64,000 nucleotides of DNA from assembly GCA_963612925.1 (NCBI GenBank), contig CAVDXG010000001.1, forward strand, positions 3,824-67,823, given 5' to 3'. The notes beneath the pieces were generated by a model. That model ran no database searches, was not told the DNA's origin, and saw nothing but the letters and a program-made list of their open reading frames with translations. This stretch comes from Coriobacteriaceae bacterium (GTDB lineage Bacteria > Bacillota_I > Bacilli_A > RFN20 > CAG-826). The translations under genes were made by a program, and so were the position numbers. Position 1 is the stretch's first letter. Each line of letters begins with the position of its first letter. Below are positions 48,585-60,460 of this stretch, piece by piece.

Positions 48585-49303
48585 TGTTCGAAGTAGAAGG
48601 AATTGTCATCAAATCAACGCCTTTTAAAGAGAGCGATGCGATGATAACTTTGCTGACTAATGAAAAAATATATTCTTTTTTAGCAAAAGGTGTTTTAAAA
48701 GCAAATAGCAAAAACGCTGCTTGTGTGAGAATATACAGCCTCTCACAGTTAAATTTGTATAAAGGCAAGGATGGACTTTGCCTTAGAAGTGGGACAGTTG
48801 TAAACGGCTTTAGCAAGCTGAATTCCTCACTTAATAATTTGCTCGCTGTTAAAGCAATTGGCGAGATTACAAATGTAATGCTTCAAAAAGATGACTGTGA
48901 AAAAGTCTATAAAGCTTTGAATAAATCGCTTCTTTTGCTAAATGAAGATTTTTCACCTTTAACAGTTGTATTAGTCTACTTTGCTTATTTATTACGTGTT
49001 TCAGGGCTTGGCCTAGAAGTTGATAAATGCGTTATTTGCTCAAAAAAGAGCCAAATCGCAAGCTTTTCTTATCGCGATGGGGGATTTATCTGCCAAGACT
49101 GTTTTTCGCCTTCAAAACACGAAAAGCGCAGTCAAAGATATTTAAAGATTATGCGCTACATCTTTAAAGTCGAGCCTGAACAATTTGACAAAGTAGTCTT
49201 TGATGATGGTGAAAATAAATTCATTTTAAATGAATTGGATGATTTTCTCTATCAAAGCGTTCAAACTCGGATTTCTAGCTTAAAACTAGTTTTAAATATT
49301 TAA
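48584..49303 (+). CDS. recO: DNA repair protein RecO
   Basis: OB-fold N-terminus and a C-terminal zinc motif (CVICSKK...CQDC). The era-recO order is conserved. Confidence 0.8.
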   Translation: MFEVEGIVIKSTPFKESDAMITLLTNEKIYSFLAKGVLKANSKNAACVRIYSLSQLNLYKGKDGLCLRSGTVVNGFSKLNSSLNNLLAVKAIGEITNVMLQKDDCEKVYKALNKSLLLLNEDFSPLTVVLVYFAYLLRVSGLGLEVDKCVICSKKSQIASFSYRDGGFICQDCFSPSKHEKRSQRYLKIMRYIFKVEPEQFDKVVFDDGENKFILNELDDFLYQSVQTRISSLKLVLNI

Positions 49304-49334
49304 ATAGTACACTTATAGTGGGTTGACAACATGC

Positions 49335-49357
49335 CTCTCTGGTGAGAGACTTTTTTT
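49335..49357 (+). terminator. Weak terminator after recO
   Basis: CTCTC-TGGT-GAGAG (5-bp stem) followed by ACTTTTTTT. Confidence 0.35.
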
Positions 49358-49379
49358 CGTTATTTTGGAGTGCAAAAAA

Positions 49380-50747
49380 ATGGATAAAAAATTCGATGAA
49401 ATCGTTACACATTTGATTACAAGTGGCTTTGTTTACCAAGATTCTGAAATCTATGGAGGCTTGTCCAATTCTTGGGATTTCGGTCCTCTAGGCGTGGAAC
49501 TTAAAAACAATATCAAAAAGTTGTGGTGGAAGAAATTCGTTCAAGAATCCCCTACAAATGTCGGAATTGACGCCGCAATATTGATGAATCCGCGCGTTTG
49601 GCAAGCTACTGGTCACGTCTCGACCTTTGCAGATCCTTTAATTGACTGTAAAGAATGCCATACTCGACATAGAGCTGATGATTTAATCGCTAAAGCTTGT
49701 CCTGATGTTGATGTAAACGGCATGAACAACGAGCAAATGATTGCCTTTATCAAAGATAATAAAATCAAATGCCCTAATTGCGGCAAATCCAATTTCACTG
49801 ATATTCGTCAATTCAATTTGATGTTTAGAACACACATCGGAGTCACTGAAGAATCTGAAAGTTTGGTTTATTTAAGACCAGAAACCGCTCAAGGGATGTT
49901 TGTCAATTTCAAAAATGTTCAAAGAACTACAAGACGCAAAATACCATTTGGTATTTGTAATATTGGTAAGAGCTTTAGAAACGAAATTACACCAGGCAAC
50001 TTCATCTTTAGAGTTCGTGAATTCGAGCAGATGGAAATGGAATTTTTCTGCAAGCCAGGTACTGACTTAGAATGGTTTTCCTATTGGAAAGATTATTCTT
50101 TAAAATTCCTCGAATCATTAAATATTAGTCAAGATAATCTTCGCTATCGCGACCATGAAAAGGAAGAATTAGCCTTTTATTCGAAAGCAACAACCGATGT
50201 TGAATATAAATTTCCATTTGGTTGGGGAGAAATCTTAGGTGTTGCCGATCGAACTGATTATGATTTAAAGCGACATATGGACGCCAGTGGGCAATCTTTA
50301 GAATATCTCGATCCAGAAACCAATGAAAAATATATTCCTTATTGTATCGAACCTTCAATGGGCGTAGAACGCATCTTTTTGATGATTTTATGCGAAGCAT
50401 ATGATGTTGAACAATTGGAAAAAGATAAACGAATTGTGATGCATATTAAACCATCACTTGCTCCTTATTTAGCGGCTATCTTACCATTGAGCAAAGAGTT
50501 AGCTCCGAAAGCAAAAGAAGTGCAATCTTTATTAAATAAACATTTTTCAACTGTTTATGATGAGACTGCTTCTATTGGTAAAAGATATCGTAGACAAGAT
50601 GCGATTGGGACTCCATTTTGCATCACTTACGACTATGACAGTTTAAATGATAATTGTGTAACAATCCGCGAACGCGATTCAATGAAACAAGAAAGAGTAA
50701 AAATTGCGGATTTAACAAATTATCTTTTAGATAAAATTGAAGATTAG
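49380..50747 (+). CDS. glyQS: Glycyl-tRNA synthetase, alpha2 (GlyQS) type
   Basis: Starts [38 protein letters not shown]. Class-II motifs are present. The RBS GGAGTG precedes it. The track's 49323 start is rejected. Confidence 0.85.
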   Translation: MDKKFDEIVTHLITSGFVYQDSEIYGGLSNSWDFGPLGVELKNNIKKLWWKKFVQESPTNVGIDAAILMNPRVWQATGHVSTFADPLIDCKECHTRHRADDLIAKACPDVDVNGMNNEQMIAFIKDNKIKCPNCGKSNFTDIRQFNLMFRTHIGVTEESESLVYLRPETAQGMFVNFKNVQRTTRRKIPFGICNIGKSFRNEITPGNFIFRVREFEQMEMEFFCKPGTDLEWFSYWKDYSLKFLESLNISQDNLRYRDHEKEELAFYSKATTDVEYKFPFGWGEILGVADRTDYDLKRHMDASGQSLEYLDPETNEKYIPYCIEPSMGVERIFLMILCEAYDVEQLEKDKRIVMHIKPSLAPYLAAILPLSKELAPKAKEVQSLLNKHFSTVYDETASIGKRYRRQDAIGTPFCITYDYDSLNDNCVTIRERDSMKQERVKIADLTNYLLDKIED

Positions 50748-50772
50748 TATATTTTTAGTATTTAATTAGTTC

Positions 50773-52578
50773 ATGAAATTTGATTACGATTTACTTCAAG
50801 ACATCAAACGACACGCCGATATTGTCGACGTCATTTCTTCTTACGTAAATGTCATTAAAAAAGGGCGTCGTTATGCCTCTTTGTGTCCGTTTCATGATGA
50901 CCACAATCCATCGATGGATATCAATAAAGAACGTCAAACATATCATTGTTATGTTTGCCATGCCGGCGGTGATGTTTTCTCTTTTGTTTCTGACTATGAA
51001 AAAATTTCATTTTCAGAGGCTGTAAAGAAAGTTTGCGAAATCATCAATTATGATGATCCTAGATTGCATCAAATTAAAATTGACAAGCCGATAGACCTGG
51101 ACTTACAAGTTTTATATAACTGCATTAACGAACTTCAAAAATTCTATGAATACGGCTTGCAAGTTGATGAAGGGCGAGATGCTAAAGAATATTTGTCTAA
51201 AAGACAAATTAGTCCTGAACAGGCTAGCAAATTTCATCTAGGTTATTCTTTAAGCGATGGAAAGAAGACGATTTCTTATCTTCAGCAAAAAGGCTATTCG
51301 CTTAAAAATATTGAAGACATCGGAATAGCTTTAGCTAGGATAAGTGACACCAGCGATTCAAATGCTGGTCGACTTATTTTCCCTATTAAAAATAACGATG
51401 GTCAAGTTGTTGGCTTTTCCGCGCGCAATATCAACGAGAAGAGCGATGCACCTAAATATATCAATTCTCCGGAGACTAAAATCTTTCGTAAAGGCGATAT
51501 TTTATATAATTTTGATTTGGCTAAACAGTCTGCAAAGCATGATGGCTATATATATTTAGTTGAAGGCTTTATGGATGTATTTGCATTCGATACGATCGGT
51601 ATAAATTCAGTCGCCGCTTTAATGGGAACTAAATTAACAAATAAACATTTGGAATATTTAAGACGATTAAATGTGGAAGTTCGTCTTTGCCTTGACGGCG
51701 ATAAAGCTGGCCAGTCAGCAATGATGGCTATTATGAGTCGACTTGACAAAGCTGAAATACATTATCGTTTAGTGTCAATGCCAAAAGAAATACGCGATCC
51801 AGACGAGATTTTAAAGCAAGATGGCAAAGAAAAATTGACTATCTTTGTTAATTCTTTGATGGAACCATTCGATTTTGCTCTTAATTATTACAAAAATACC
51901 TCGCCTTTAAGCACAAGCGAAGGCAAGCGAAAAGTGATCTCTCATTTCGCTCCAATATTAGCTGGAATTAATGATAAACTCGAATTTGATGATTATATTT
52001 ATAAACTTGCCGATGTTACAGGCTTTAATCCCAATGCGATTAGAGATTATCTTAAAAGCTATAAACCTTCTAATAAAAGCGATGATGTGCTCCTTAATTA
52101 TCGAACGCAAGCGCCTGAAACAAGCGCTTCGCTAAATCTAAATCGTGATTTGCGTAGATTAAGCAATGCTGAAAAGATAGTTTTAAAACTGATGGCCAAC
52201 AGCAAACAAGCGGTAGATTTTTATGAGAAGAATATAAAATATTTTTCCACTGAAATCTATCGACAATTAGCCAATTATTTTGTTGAATATGCTTCAAAAT
52301 ATGATGATATAAATATATCGATGATTGTCGATTTAATCGAAGAAAGCAATCCTAAAAATAAAAAGGAATTGATCAATGTCTTACTCTCTTTACCCCAAGA
52401 GGACATTGAATTCGATAAGTTGATTAGTATCCTTAAAGATTGTCTTAAGGTAATTGAAGAAGAAAGGAATCGAACATACGAGAAGTCGCTACTAAAGAAG
52501 GCTTTCGAGGGAAAGGATCCGAAAGAACAAGCCAGACTTCTTGATGATTATATAAAGCGGACTAATAAAAATAGCTAG
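50773..52578 (+). CDS. dnaG: DNA primase
   Basis: CHC2 zinc finger ([11 protein letters not shown]...[10 protein letters not shown]) and a TOPRIM domain (EGFMDV...DGDKAG). Confidence 0.9.
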   Translation: MKFDYDLLQDIKRHADIVDVISSYVNVIKKGRRYASLCPFHDDHNPSMDINKERQTYHCYVCHAGGDVFSFVSDYEKISFSEAVKKVCEIINYDDPRLHQIKIDKPIDLDLQVLYNCINELQKFYEYGLQVDEGRDAKEYLSKRQISPEQASKFHLGYSLSDGKKTISYLQQKGYSLKNIEDIGIALARISDTSDSNAGRLIFPIKNNDGQVVGFSARNINEKSDAPKYINSPETKIFRKGDILYNFDLAKQSAKHDGYIYLVEGFMDVFAFDTIGINSVAALMGTKLTNKHLEYLRRLNVEVRLCLDGDKAGQSAMMAIMSRLDKAEIHYRLVSMPKEIRDPDEILKQDGKEKLTIFVNSLMEPFDFALNYYKNTSPLSTSEGKRKVISHFAPILAGINDKLEFDDYIYKLADVTGFNPNAIRDYLKSYKPSNKSDDVLLNYRTQAPETSASLNLNRDLRRLSNAEKIVLKLMANSKQAVDFYEKNIKYFSTEIYRQLANYFVEYASKYDDINISMIVDLIEESNPKNKKELINVLLSLPQEDIEFDKLISILKDCLKVIEEERNRTYEKSLLKKAFEGKDPKEQARLLDDYIKRTNKNS

Positions 52579-52597
52579 CAGAAAAGAGGAAAGAATT

Positions 52598-53881
52598 ATG
52601 CCAGGAAAAACAAAAGAGAAAAAAGAGAAGAAACCAACTAAGAAAGTGACTAAATCAAGCAAAGAAAAAGACGAATTTGATGATGATCTTGAATTTGAAG
52701 CTAATGAAATCGAAACTTTAGATTCAATCAAGAAAAGATTGCTTAAAAAAGCAAAGGAAAACGAAAATCAAATCGAAGAATCTGAGATTTTTGAAGAAAC
52801 TTCCAACTTGGATTTAACAGATGATGAAACAAGTGAACTTCAAAATTATTTTTTAGATAATGGAATCAGTATCATCTCTGACGAAAATGAAGATGACATC
52901 GATAATTTAGAATATGATAGCAATTTAAAAGATGACAATACTCTTCTTGACGACGACAATCTTGATGAAGAAGATTTTGAAGAAGATGTTCCATCTGAAC
53001 AAGAGCTCAATGATTTGTCCAAGTTGGTGGCTGGAGAAGTAAAAGTAAACGATTCGGTTAAGATTTATCTTAAAGAAATTGGAAAAGTGCCTTTACTTAC
53101 CGCTAAAGAAGAGACGGAGTTAGCTAAGCGCATCGCGGCTGGTGATGAAGAAGCTAAAAAACAATTAATTAACGCCAACTTGCGTTTGGTCATTTCAATT
53201 GCTAAACGTTATGCTGGACGAGGAATGCCTTTCCTTGATTTGATTCAAGAAGGAAACATGGGCTTAATCAAAGCGGTGGAAAAATTCGATTACACCAAAG
53301 GATTTAAGTTTTCAACTTATGCTACCTGGTGGATTAGACAAGCTATTACCCGTGCGATAGCTGACCAGGCGCGAACGATTCGTATTCCAGTGCACATGGT
53401 CGAAACGATTAACAAAATTACCCGTGCTCAACGCGAATTAGTGCAAAAATTAGGCCGCGATCCAACCGCAGAAGAAATTAGTGAAAAATTAGCTGGAGCG
53501 CTATCTCCAGATAGAATTAGAGAAATTCAACGTGTCAACCAAGAACCTGTTTCTTTAGAAACACCAATTGGCGAAGAAGACGATTCTCGCTTGGCTGATT
53601 TTGTCGAAGATAAAGAAACATTATCTCCTAGCGAATACACTAGAAAAGCTCTTTTAAAGCAAGAATTATACGAAGTTATGCGTGAAAGCTTAACCGACCG
53701 TGAAGAAAAAGTTTTGCGTCGTCGATATGGCTTAGATGATAATCATCCACGCACATTAGAAGAAGTAGGCAAGGAATTCGGCGTCACTCGTGAACGCATT
53801 CGTCAAATCGAAGCCAAAGCAATTCGCACTCTCCGTAAGAAAAATAAACTTAAAAAGCTTGGGGATTATCACGAGATTTAA
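52598..53881 (+). CDS. sigA: RNA polymerase sigma factor SigA (RpoD)
   Basis: Acidic region 1.1, region 2 [18 protein letters not shown], and a region 4 HTH. Confidence 0.92.
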   Translation: MPGKTKEKKEKKPTKKVTKSSKEKDEFDDDLEFEANEIETLDSIKKRLLKKAKENENQIEESEIFEETSNLDLTDDETSELQNYFLDNGISIISDENEDDIDNLEYDSNLKDDNTLLDDDNLDEEDFEEDVPSEQELNDLSKLVAGEVKVNDSVKIYLKEIGKVPLLTAKEETELAKRIAAGDEEAKKQLINANLRLVISIAKRYAGRGMPFLDLIQEGNMGLIKAVEKFDYTKGFKFSTYATWWIRQAITRAIADQARTIRIPVHMVETINKITRAQRELVQKLGRDPTAEEISEKLAGALSPDRIREIQRVNQEPVSLETPIGEEDDSRLADFVEDKETLSPSEYTRKALLKQELYEVMRESLTDREEKVLRRRYGLDDNHPRTLEEVGKEFGVTRERIRQIEAKAIRTLRKKNKLKKLGDYHEI

Positions 53882-53884
53882 TCG

Positions 53885-54535
53885 ATGGTTTTATCTAAAA
53901 GACTAAAAACAGTTGCTGAACTAATTCATCCAGGTTCATCAGTTTTCGATGTTGGAGCTGATCATGGTCAATTAGAAAAATATCTTCTAGATAATAAATT
54001 AGTTAAGAAAATCATCGCAGTTGAAAATAAAAAAGGACCATATCTTCAATTAAAAAGTAATTTAAAAGGTTATCCGCAAGTTGATATTCTTTTAAGCGAT
54101 GGAATAACTGATTTGCCTAAGGAAACTAATGTTATTGTTTTAGCGGGCTTAGGTGGATTAAAAATTGTCGATATTTTAGTAAGCAATAAAGAAAAACTTG
54201 CTAGTGTCGAGCAAATCGTTGTCGATGCTCATCGCGATATCACTCATGTTAGAAAAGAAATCACAAAACTTGGTTTTAAAATCGAAAAAGAAGCAATAGT
54301 TTTCGAAAAAGACATCTATTATTTCGTAATTTCTTTTTTAAAAGGCGAAGCTAAATATGATGAAGACGTCTTAGAGTTTGGCTACCAAATTAAAAGCGAC
54401 AAACTATTTCCTTATTACAAGGAAAACTTTATTAAAGAGAATGAACTTATTTTAAGTAAGCTTGCTTCTTCAAACAAAAATGAGGCTAAAATTAAAGAAA
54501 TAGAAGAGAAGATAAGGAGAATTGAAAATTTATGA
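53885..54535 (+). CDS. trmK: tRNA (adenine22-N1)-methyltransferase TrmK (YqfN)
   Basis: SAM-binding motif VFDVGADHG. Follows sigA in the B. subtilis order. Confidence 0.75.
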   Translation: MVLSKRLKTVAELIHPGSSVFDVGADHGQLEKYLLDNKLVKKIIAVENKKGPYLQLKSNLKGYPQVDILLSDGITDLPKETNVIVLAGLGGLKIVDILVSNKEKLASVEQIVVDAHRDITHVRKEITKLGFKIEKEAIVFEKDIYYFVISFLKGEAKYDEDVLEFGYQIKSDKLFPYYKENFIKENELILSKLASSNKNEAKIKEIEEKIRRIENL

Positions 54536-55305
54536 AAACCTTAAAAATCTTGAGAAGACTGTCGACTAGATTTCCAAAGTCAATTGCCACGCACGGCGAT
54601 CATGTCGGTCTAATGACCGGAAAGTTAAAAGAAGACACTAACTGCATTCTTTTATGCCTGGATTTTGATGATACTGTCTATAATCAATTGCTTAAACTAG
54701 ATAAAAAGCCTGATTTAATTCTTACTCATCACCCTTTTATTTATGGGACAAAATATAGAGTTTTTCTCCACGATGAGGTGAAGAAAAATTTGTGCGAAAG
54801 AATTGATAAATTAGGCATTCCTGTCTATAGCATGCATACCAACTTCGATACTGGGAAAGACGGTATGAATGACGCTTTAGCTAATGCTTTAAAACTAAAA
54901 GATATTAAGCCTTTAGAAACTTGCCCGATGGCAAGAGGTGGGCTTTTAGATAAACCGATGGAAATTCATGAATTTGCAAAATACGCTAATAAATGTCTTA
55001 ACATCGAGTATTCTCATTTAATTCACGGCGGTAAATCTACTGTTTCTAGCGTCGCTATCTTAGGTGGCGGAGGTTCATATAAATATATCAACGCCATGAA
55101 TGAAGGTTATGACATTTATATAAGTGGAGATACGCCTCATCACATTCGTCGCGATGTTATTTCTTATAAATACAATTATTTAGATGTTTCTCACGAGGTT
55201 GAAAGAATTTTTATGCCTCAAATGAAAAAAATTCTTCATGAAATCGATCCTTCCTTAGATATTGTTATCATCGATCATGAAGAATTGCCTGAATTAATCG
55301 TTTAA
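54532..55305 (+). CDS. Nif3-family dinuclear metal centre protein (YqfO-like)
   Basis: ...ILTHHP... and a C-terminal HH motif (GDTPHH). ATGA overlap with trmK. Confidence 0.75.
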   Translation: MKTLKILRRLSTRFPKSIATHGDHVGLMTGKLKEDTNCILLCLDFDDTVYNQLLKLDKKPDLILTHHPFIYGTKYRVFLHDEVKKNLCERIDKLGIPVYSMHTNFDTGKDGMNDALANALKLKDIKPLETCPMARGGLLDKPMEIHEFAKYANKCLNIEYSHLIHGGKSTVSSVAILGGGGSYKYINAMNEGYDIYISGDTPHHIRRDVISYKYNYLDVSHEVERIFMPQMKKILHEIDPSLDIVIIDHEELPELIV

Positions 55306-56169
55306 TTCATTAATATAATCTTTTATCTCTTCAATAATTCTTTTAGGCGTTGAAGCTCCGGAAACAATTGCGATATTTTTTAAATTAAGAAAATCGTTTT
55401 CCTTTAAATCACTTTTATTTTCAACCATCATGACTTTTGAATTTGTAAAATTAGCTTTTGCCAAAGAATATAAAGTTATGGTGTTGTTAGAATTTTTTCC
55501 ACCTATAACAAGGATTAAATCAACATTTTTGTCGATGTTTAATAAAGCTTTTTGCCGCAAAAGAGATGAGCTACAAATGCTAGGATAAAAGACTACATTT
55601 TTTATCTCTTTTTTAATTCCTTCTAGATGAGTGTTTACTTCTAAGGAAGAAAAAGTCGATTGAGAAACCACTAATGTTTTTTTGCTATTTTTCATTTCTT
55701 CACTAAGCGAGGAAGAAAGAGTTAAAAGATGTACATTCTTAGAAAGCGACAAAGCAGCATCGCTTTCAGGGTGATGTGCTTTACCAATATATATTATTGA
55801 ATAGCCATCTTTTAGATAATTTTGCATATCATCCATCGCTTTTTTAACAAATGGGCAAGTTGCATCGACAAATTTTAATTTCCTTGAATTTAGTTTGTCT
55901 TCTATAGCTTTACTATGACCATGAGCAGTTAAAATCACAATAGAGTCTTCCTCTATTTCATCGATTAAATCAATTATATTTTTGTCTTTAGAAAAAAGTG
56001 TTTTAATCTTTAAATCTTCGATTTCTTTAAGTGCATCAAGGTTATGAACAAGCATTCCTAAAACCACAACATTTTTATTAGGATTATCTAATTTCGTTTT
56101 CTTCGCGATTTCTAAGGCGCGTTGAACGCCCTTGCAGTAGCCTGATGGCTCAACAATTCTTACATTCAT
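55294..56169 (-). CDS. ispH: 4-hydroxy-3-methylbut-2-enyl diphosphate reductase IspH
   Basis: Starts MNVRIVEPSGYCKGVQRA with the conserved Cys ligands. I chose the start at 56169; the track's TTG at 56220 would sit only 6 nt from the divergent gene. Confidence 0.8.
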   Translation of the reverse strand: MNVRIVEPSGYCKGVQRALEIAKKTKLDNPNKNVVVLGMLVHNLDALKEIEDLKIKTLFSKDKNIIDLIDEIEEDSIVILTAHGHSKAIEDKLNSRKLKFVDATCPFVKKAMDDMQNYLKDGYSIIYIGKAHHPESDAALSLSKNVHLLTLSSSLSEEMKNSKKTLVVSQSTFSSLEVNTHLEGIKKEIKNVVFYPSICSSSLLRQKALLNIDKNVDLILVIGGKNSNNTITLYSLAKANFTNSKVMMVENKSDLKENDFLNLKNIAIVSGASTPKRIIEEIKDYINELND

Positions 56170-56201
56170 CGGTTTAATAATAGCATAGCTAAGCGTTTGA
56201 A

Positions 56202-56209
56202 TGTATAAT
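56202..56209 (+). promoter_or_regulatory. Extended -10 (TG-TATAAT) for the DEAD-box helicase gene; short leader
   Basis: TGTATAAT at 56202-56209, 18 nt before the ATG at 56227. No clear -35 or RBS. Confidence 0.35.
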
Positions 56210-56226
56210 AAAGCGAGCAAAATATT

Positions 56227-57585
56227 ATGTCGTTCAAAGCTATAAATTTATCTGAGAAAATGATTACTTCTTTGTCTAGACAAGGCTATTTTGAACCATC
56301 TCCAATTCAGTTAAAAGTAATTCCGAAAGCGTTAAAAGGAAATACTCTAATGGTCCAATCAGCAACTGGCACCGGAAAAACTTTATGTTTTCTAGTTCCA
56401 ATTATTGAAAATATCGATTACTCGCAGCAAAATTTGCAGGCTTTAATCATTGCTCCGACTCGTGAACTGGCTAATCAAATATATAATTTCGCCATTCCTT
56501 TTACTAAAGATTTTCCTAAATTAAAAATTCGATTGTTAAAAGCTGGCGAAGAACTAGACGAATCCTTAAAGGGGTTATCCGAAAATCCTCACATTATCAT
56601 CGGCACTCCAGGCAGATTAACTGATGTTTTAGTTAAAGCAAGTGCTTTAAAACTTAATAATGTAAAAACTGTTGTTCTCGATGAAGCGGATATGCTTTTA
56701 AAAGAAGGCTATTTTGCTGAAATCGATCAAATTGTGGCTAAGCTTAAAAAAGTTCAATTTCTCGTTTTTTCAGCTACTTTAGAAAAAACATTAGCAGCCG
56801 AACTAGATAAATATGTTGGATCTAATTTATCGATTATTAACGAAGAAATCTTAACTTCTAACAATGTAAAACATTATCTAGTCGATATTAAGCATTCATC
56901 AATGCTTGCTTCTGTTGAAAATTTCATTAAGATTATCAATCCTTATCTTTTGCTCATATTCGCTTCTAAAAAGGAAACTGCGAATGAGATTTATTCCTTC
57001 TTAAAAGCTGAAAAATATAAAGTAGGTCTTCTTACTGGCGATCTTTCTTCAAGAGAGAGAAAAAATGTCATGAAATCATTATTAAACGAGCAAATCTATA
57101 TTTTAGTTTGCTCTGATATGGCTGCTAGAGGACTTGATATTAATGATGTAAGCGACATTTTAAATGTCGATTTGCCTTCTAATTTAGATTTCTATTTCCA
57201 TCGAGCGGGAAGAACCGGTCGTTTCTTAAAAAAAGGCAATTGCTATACTTTCTATAATTCGGATTCCACAAAAAAACCTTTAGAATTAATTTCTCGAGGC
57301 GTTCAATTTGAATATCTAGTGCTGAAAGATAATGCTTTAATAGAGGGCAAAGGTTTAGCTAAAAAAGAATTGAAAGCTAAACGGGTTGACGAAGAGCTTA
57401 ACAAAGAAATCAAAAAGATAACCAACATCTCGAAGGCTAAAAACAAAAAAGTTAAACCGGGATACAAGAAAAAAACTCGATTAGCAGTTGATAAAGCTAA
57501 AAGAAAGCATCGAAGAGAAATAATAAAAAAAGATATCCGTCGGCAACGCGTTGAACGATACAAAAGGGAAAATAATGGAAAATAA
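56227..57585 (+). CDS. DEAD-box ATP-dependent RNA helicase (CshA/CshB-like) with a basic C-terminal tail
   Basis: Q-motif (F..EPSPIQ), Walker A ATGTGKT, PTRELA, DEAD, SAT, and motif VI HRAGRTGR. Confidence 0.9.
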   Translation: MSFKAINLSEKMITSLSRQGYFEPSPIQLKVIPKALKGNTLMVQSATGTGKTLCFLVPIIENIDYSQQNLQALIIAPTRELANQIYNFAIPFTKDFPKLKIRLLKAGEELDESLKGLSENPHIIIGTPGRLTDVLVKASALKLNNVKTVVLDEADMLLKEGYFAEIDQIVAKLKKVQFLVFSATLEKTLAAELDKYVGSNLSIINEEILTSNNVKHYLVDIKHSSMLASVENFIKIINPYLLLIFASKKETANEIYSFLKAEKYKVGLLTGDLSSRERKNVMKSLLNEQIYILVCSDMAARGLDINDVSDILNVDLPSNLDFYFHRAGRTGRFLKKGNCYTFYNSDSTKKPLELISRGVQFEYLVLKDNALIEGKGLAKKELKAKRVDEELNKEIKKITNISKAKNKKVKPGYKKKTRLAVDKAKRKHRREIIKKDIRRQRVERYKRENNGK

Positions 57586-58459
57586 AATACTGATTGGCTC
57601 ACATGTCTCACTTAAATCACCTGATTATTATTTAGGAAGCGTCAAAGAAGCGCTGAGCTACAATTCTTCGACATTTATGTTTTATACTGGGGCTCCGCAG
57701 AATTCTTTTCGTCTGCCTTTGGAAAGACTAAAAATTGAAGAAGGAAGAGACTTGATTAAGCAATCTTCTTTGGATGAATCCAAGATTATTGTTCACGCAC
57801 CTTATATCATCAATATTGCGAATAAATTAAACGAAAAATTATTTGAGATGAGCAAAGATATTTTGCTAAATGAAATTAAACGAGTTGCTGGTTTTAATTT
57901 AAAAATTTTAGTTTTGCATCCCGGTAGTCATGTTGGAACAGGCATTGAAAACGGCTTAAATTCGATTGTCGAAGCTCTTGATGATGTCTTTTCTAAAGAT
58001 GATAGCGATGTAAAAATCGCTTTAGAAACCATGGCGGGAAAAGGCAATGAAATGGGGGTTAATTTTGAGCAACTTGCTTATATCATAAAGCATGTTAAAG
58101 ATAATCATCGTTTAGGAGTTTGCTTTGATACTTGCCATGTAAACGATGAAGGCCTTGATGTTAAAAATGTTAATAAAACACTTGAAGAATTCGATAGAAT
58201 TATTGGTTTAGATCGACTTCTTTGCATCCATATAAATGATTCAAAAAACCCTTTAGGGTCGCATAAAGATCGACACGAAAATATTGGCTATGGAGAAATT
58301 GGCTTTGATTGCATCTATCAATATGTTCATCATCCAAAATTAGTAAATGTGCCTAAGATTTTAGAAACCCCATATGTTGATGGGAAAGCACCATATAAGC
58401 AAGAAATAAAAATGCTTTTAGATGGCAAATATATTCCTTCCTGGAAAGACAATTTATAA
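57575..58459 (+). CDS. nfo: Endonuclease IV
   Basis: Starts MENKILIGSHVS... with TIM-barrel AP-endonuclease His/Asp/Glu ligands. The RBS is AAGGGA. Overlaps the helicase 3' end. Confidence 0.85.
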   Translation: MENKILIGSHVSLKSPDYYLGSVKEALSYNSSTFMFYTGAPQNSFRLPLERLKIEEGRDLIKQSSLDESKIIVHAPYIINIANKLNEKLFEMSKDILLNEIKRVAGFNLKILVLHPGSHVGTGIENGLNSIVEALDDVFSKDDSDVKIALETMAGKGNEMGVNFEQLAYIIKHVKDNHRLGVCFDTCHVNDEGLDVKNVNKTLEEFDRIIGLDRLLCIHINDSKNPLGSHKDRHENIGYGEIGFDCIYQYVHHPKLVNVPKILETPYVDGKAPYKQEIKMLLDGKYIPSWKDNL

Positions 58460-59512
58460 ATTGTTAATTTCTTTAATTAGTTCGTTATAGATATCTTTAT
58501 CTTTAACTTTTTTAATGATTTTATCTTTTTTAAAGATAACCCATTGGTCTTTCCCGCCGGCGCAACCTAAATCTGCTCGCTTGGCTTCTCCTGGACCATT
58601 GACAATGCAGCCCATGATGGCGATGATTTTATTGATTTTATTTTCTTCTAAATAGTTTAATACTTTATTTGCTAAAGGAACCAAATTAACTTGCGTTCTC
58701 CCGCATGTTGGGCAAGAAATTAAATTTGGATAATCATTTCTTACTCCTAAATCTTTCAATAGGCGACGACAAGCTTTGATTTCTTCTTCTGGTTCATCGC
58801 TAAGCGAAATTCTAATTGTGTCGCCTATTCCTTCAAGAAGTAGTGGAGCAATTCCAGCAACGCTTCTAATTAATCCGATATCTTTCGGACCGGCTTCTGT
58901 GATACCGATGTGTAATGGATAATTAAATTCCTTGCTTGCGAGTCGATATGCCTCAATTGTTTCGAGAACATGAGAACATTTCAGCGATAAAACGATGTTA
59001 TGAAAATCTAAATCTTCCAATATTTTCACCATATTTTTTGCGGATTTAACTAACTCTTTAGCTTCGACGACAGAAGTGTTGTTATTTATCTTTGCATCAA
59101 TCGAACCTGAATTAACGCCCACTCGAATTGGGATATTTTTCTTTTTGCATAATTCTGTAACCTTTTCGACATTCTCTCTTTCTCCAATGTTTCCAGGATT
59201 TAGTCTGACCGCATCAGCGTTGGAATTAATCGCTTCTATAGCAAGACGATAATCGAAATGAATATCCGCAATTAGAGGGATAGAAATATGTTCTTTGATT
59301 TCTTTAATCGCTTTGGCATCATCCATATCGAGGACGGAAACACGCATTAAATCAGCGCCTAGCATTGCACAGCGATTAATTTGAGCGATTACTTCTTTTA
59401 CCTTCGATGTTTTTATATTGCACATCGACTGAATTAGAACTTTATTCGCTCCGCCAATAGTTATATTTCCAACATTTATTTTTTTAGTAGTTTCTCGAGC
59501 TAATTTTTTCAT
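58454..59512 (-). CDS. ispG: 4-hydroxy-3-methylbut-2-enyl diphosphate synthase IspG (GcpE)
   Basis: ...INVGNITIGGANKVLIQSM... and a C-terminal Cys cluster (CPTCGRT...GCIVNGPGE). I chose the ATG at 59512 over the track's TTG at 59590. Confidence 0.8.
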   Translation of the reverse strand: MKKLARETTKKINVGNITIGGANKVLIQSMCNIKTSKVKEVIAQINRCAMLGADLMRVSVLDMDDAKAIKEIKEHISIPLIADIHFDYRLAIEAINSNADAVRLNPGNIGERENVEKVTELCKKKNIPIRVGVNSGSIDAKINNNTSVVEAKELVKSAKNMVKILEDLDFHNIVLSLKCSHVLETIEAYRLASKEFNYPLHIGITEAGPKDIGLIRSVAGIAPLLLEGIGDTIRISLSDEPEEEIKACRRLLKDLGVRNDYPNLISCPTCGRTQVNLVPLANKVLNYLEENKINKIIAIMGCIVNGPGEAKRADLGCAGGKDQWVIFKKDKIIKKVKDKDIYNELIKEINNL

Positions 59513-59602
59513 CTTATATGTATTATAAACTCTCAAAATATCTTGTAGATATCTTTTTTCTATTGTGCTATTATCTATCTTGCTAAACAAAGGAGTGAGT
59601 TT

Positions 59603-59764
59603 ATGGCTAACAAAGTTCGAAGCAGCATCACATTAAAATGCACTGTCTGTGGTGAGGAAAATTATATTACTTCAAAGAATAAAAAAGAGCATCCTGACAG
59701 AATGGAAATCAAAAAATATTGCCCAAGATGCAAAAAACAAACTATCCATAAGGAGAAAAAATAG
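59603..59764 (+). CDS. rpmG: 50S ribosomal protein L33 (missed by the ORF track, 53 aa)
   Basis: Translates to [53 protein letters not shown]. The RBS is AAGGAG. Confidence 0.9.
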   Translation: MANKVRSSITLKCTVCGEENYITSKNKKEHPDRMEIKKYCPRCKKQTIHKEKK

Positions 59765-59782
59765 GACTTTGTCCTTTTTTTT
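59763..59782 (+). terminator. Terminator after rpmG
   Basis: AGGAC-TTT-GTCCT followed by TTTTTTTT. Confidence 0.55.
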
Positions 59783-59793
59783 AAATTTAAATA

Positions 59794-60417
59794 ATGCTTG
59801 ATATTTATACATCTGAATTCGCTTGTAATACTTATTTAGTCTATAACGATAATCATCAAGGTTTTTTAGTTGACCCCGGTTACAATGAAAATAATGCTTA
59901 TTTAAAGCACATCAAAAGACTAAATGTCGAAATAAAAGCAATTTTATTGACACACGCTCATTATGATCACATTAGTGCTTTAGAAGATATTTGTAAAGAA
60001 TTTCCAAATGCGATTGTCTATATTTCATCTGATGAAGTTGAATTATTAACTAATCCAAAATTAAATTTGAGCATCTATGGCAAAATATTAGATTTTAAGC
60101 CAAATAAACTGATAGAACTTTTTGATAGCGAAACTTTTGAAGTGGCTAACTATAAGATCAAAATGATTGAGACGCCTTTTCACACTAAAGGAAGTGCTTG
60201 CTATTATTTAGCAAATGAGAAAATTCTTTTCTCTGGTGATACTTTATTTTATTCTTCAATCGGTAGAACTGATTTGCCAACTGGCTCAAGTCGAAGTGTA
60301 ACAGCTAGTTTATCTAAACTGCTTAATTTAGATGATGACACAATAGTTTATCCAGGACACGGCGCGAAAACGACGCTTTCGCGTGAAAAGAAATACAATC
60401 CATATTTGAAGATTTAA
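59794..60417 (+). CDS. MBL-fold metallo-hydrolase
   Basis: HAHYDH and GDTLF... motifs. 207 aa. Confidence 0.75.
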   Translation: MLDIYTSEFACNTYLVYNDNHQGFLVDPGYNENNAYLKHIKRLNVEIKAILLTHAHYDHISALEDICKEFPNAIVYISSDEVELLTNPKLNLSIYGKILDFKPNKLIELFDSETFEVANYKIKMIETPFHTKGSACYYLANEKILFSGDTLFYSSIGRTDLPTGSSRSVTASLSKLLNLDDDTIVYPGHGAKTTLSREKKYNPYLKI

Positions 60418-60460
60418 TGAATATAAGTATAATATTCATATTCTTTAGGAGGAGTGAAAA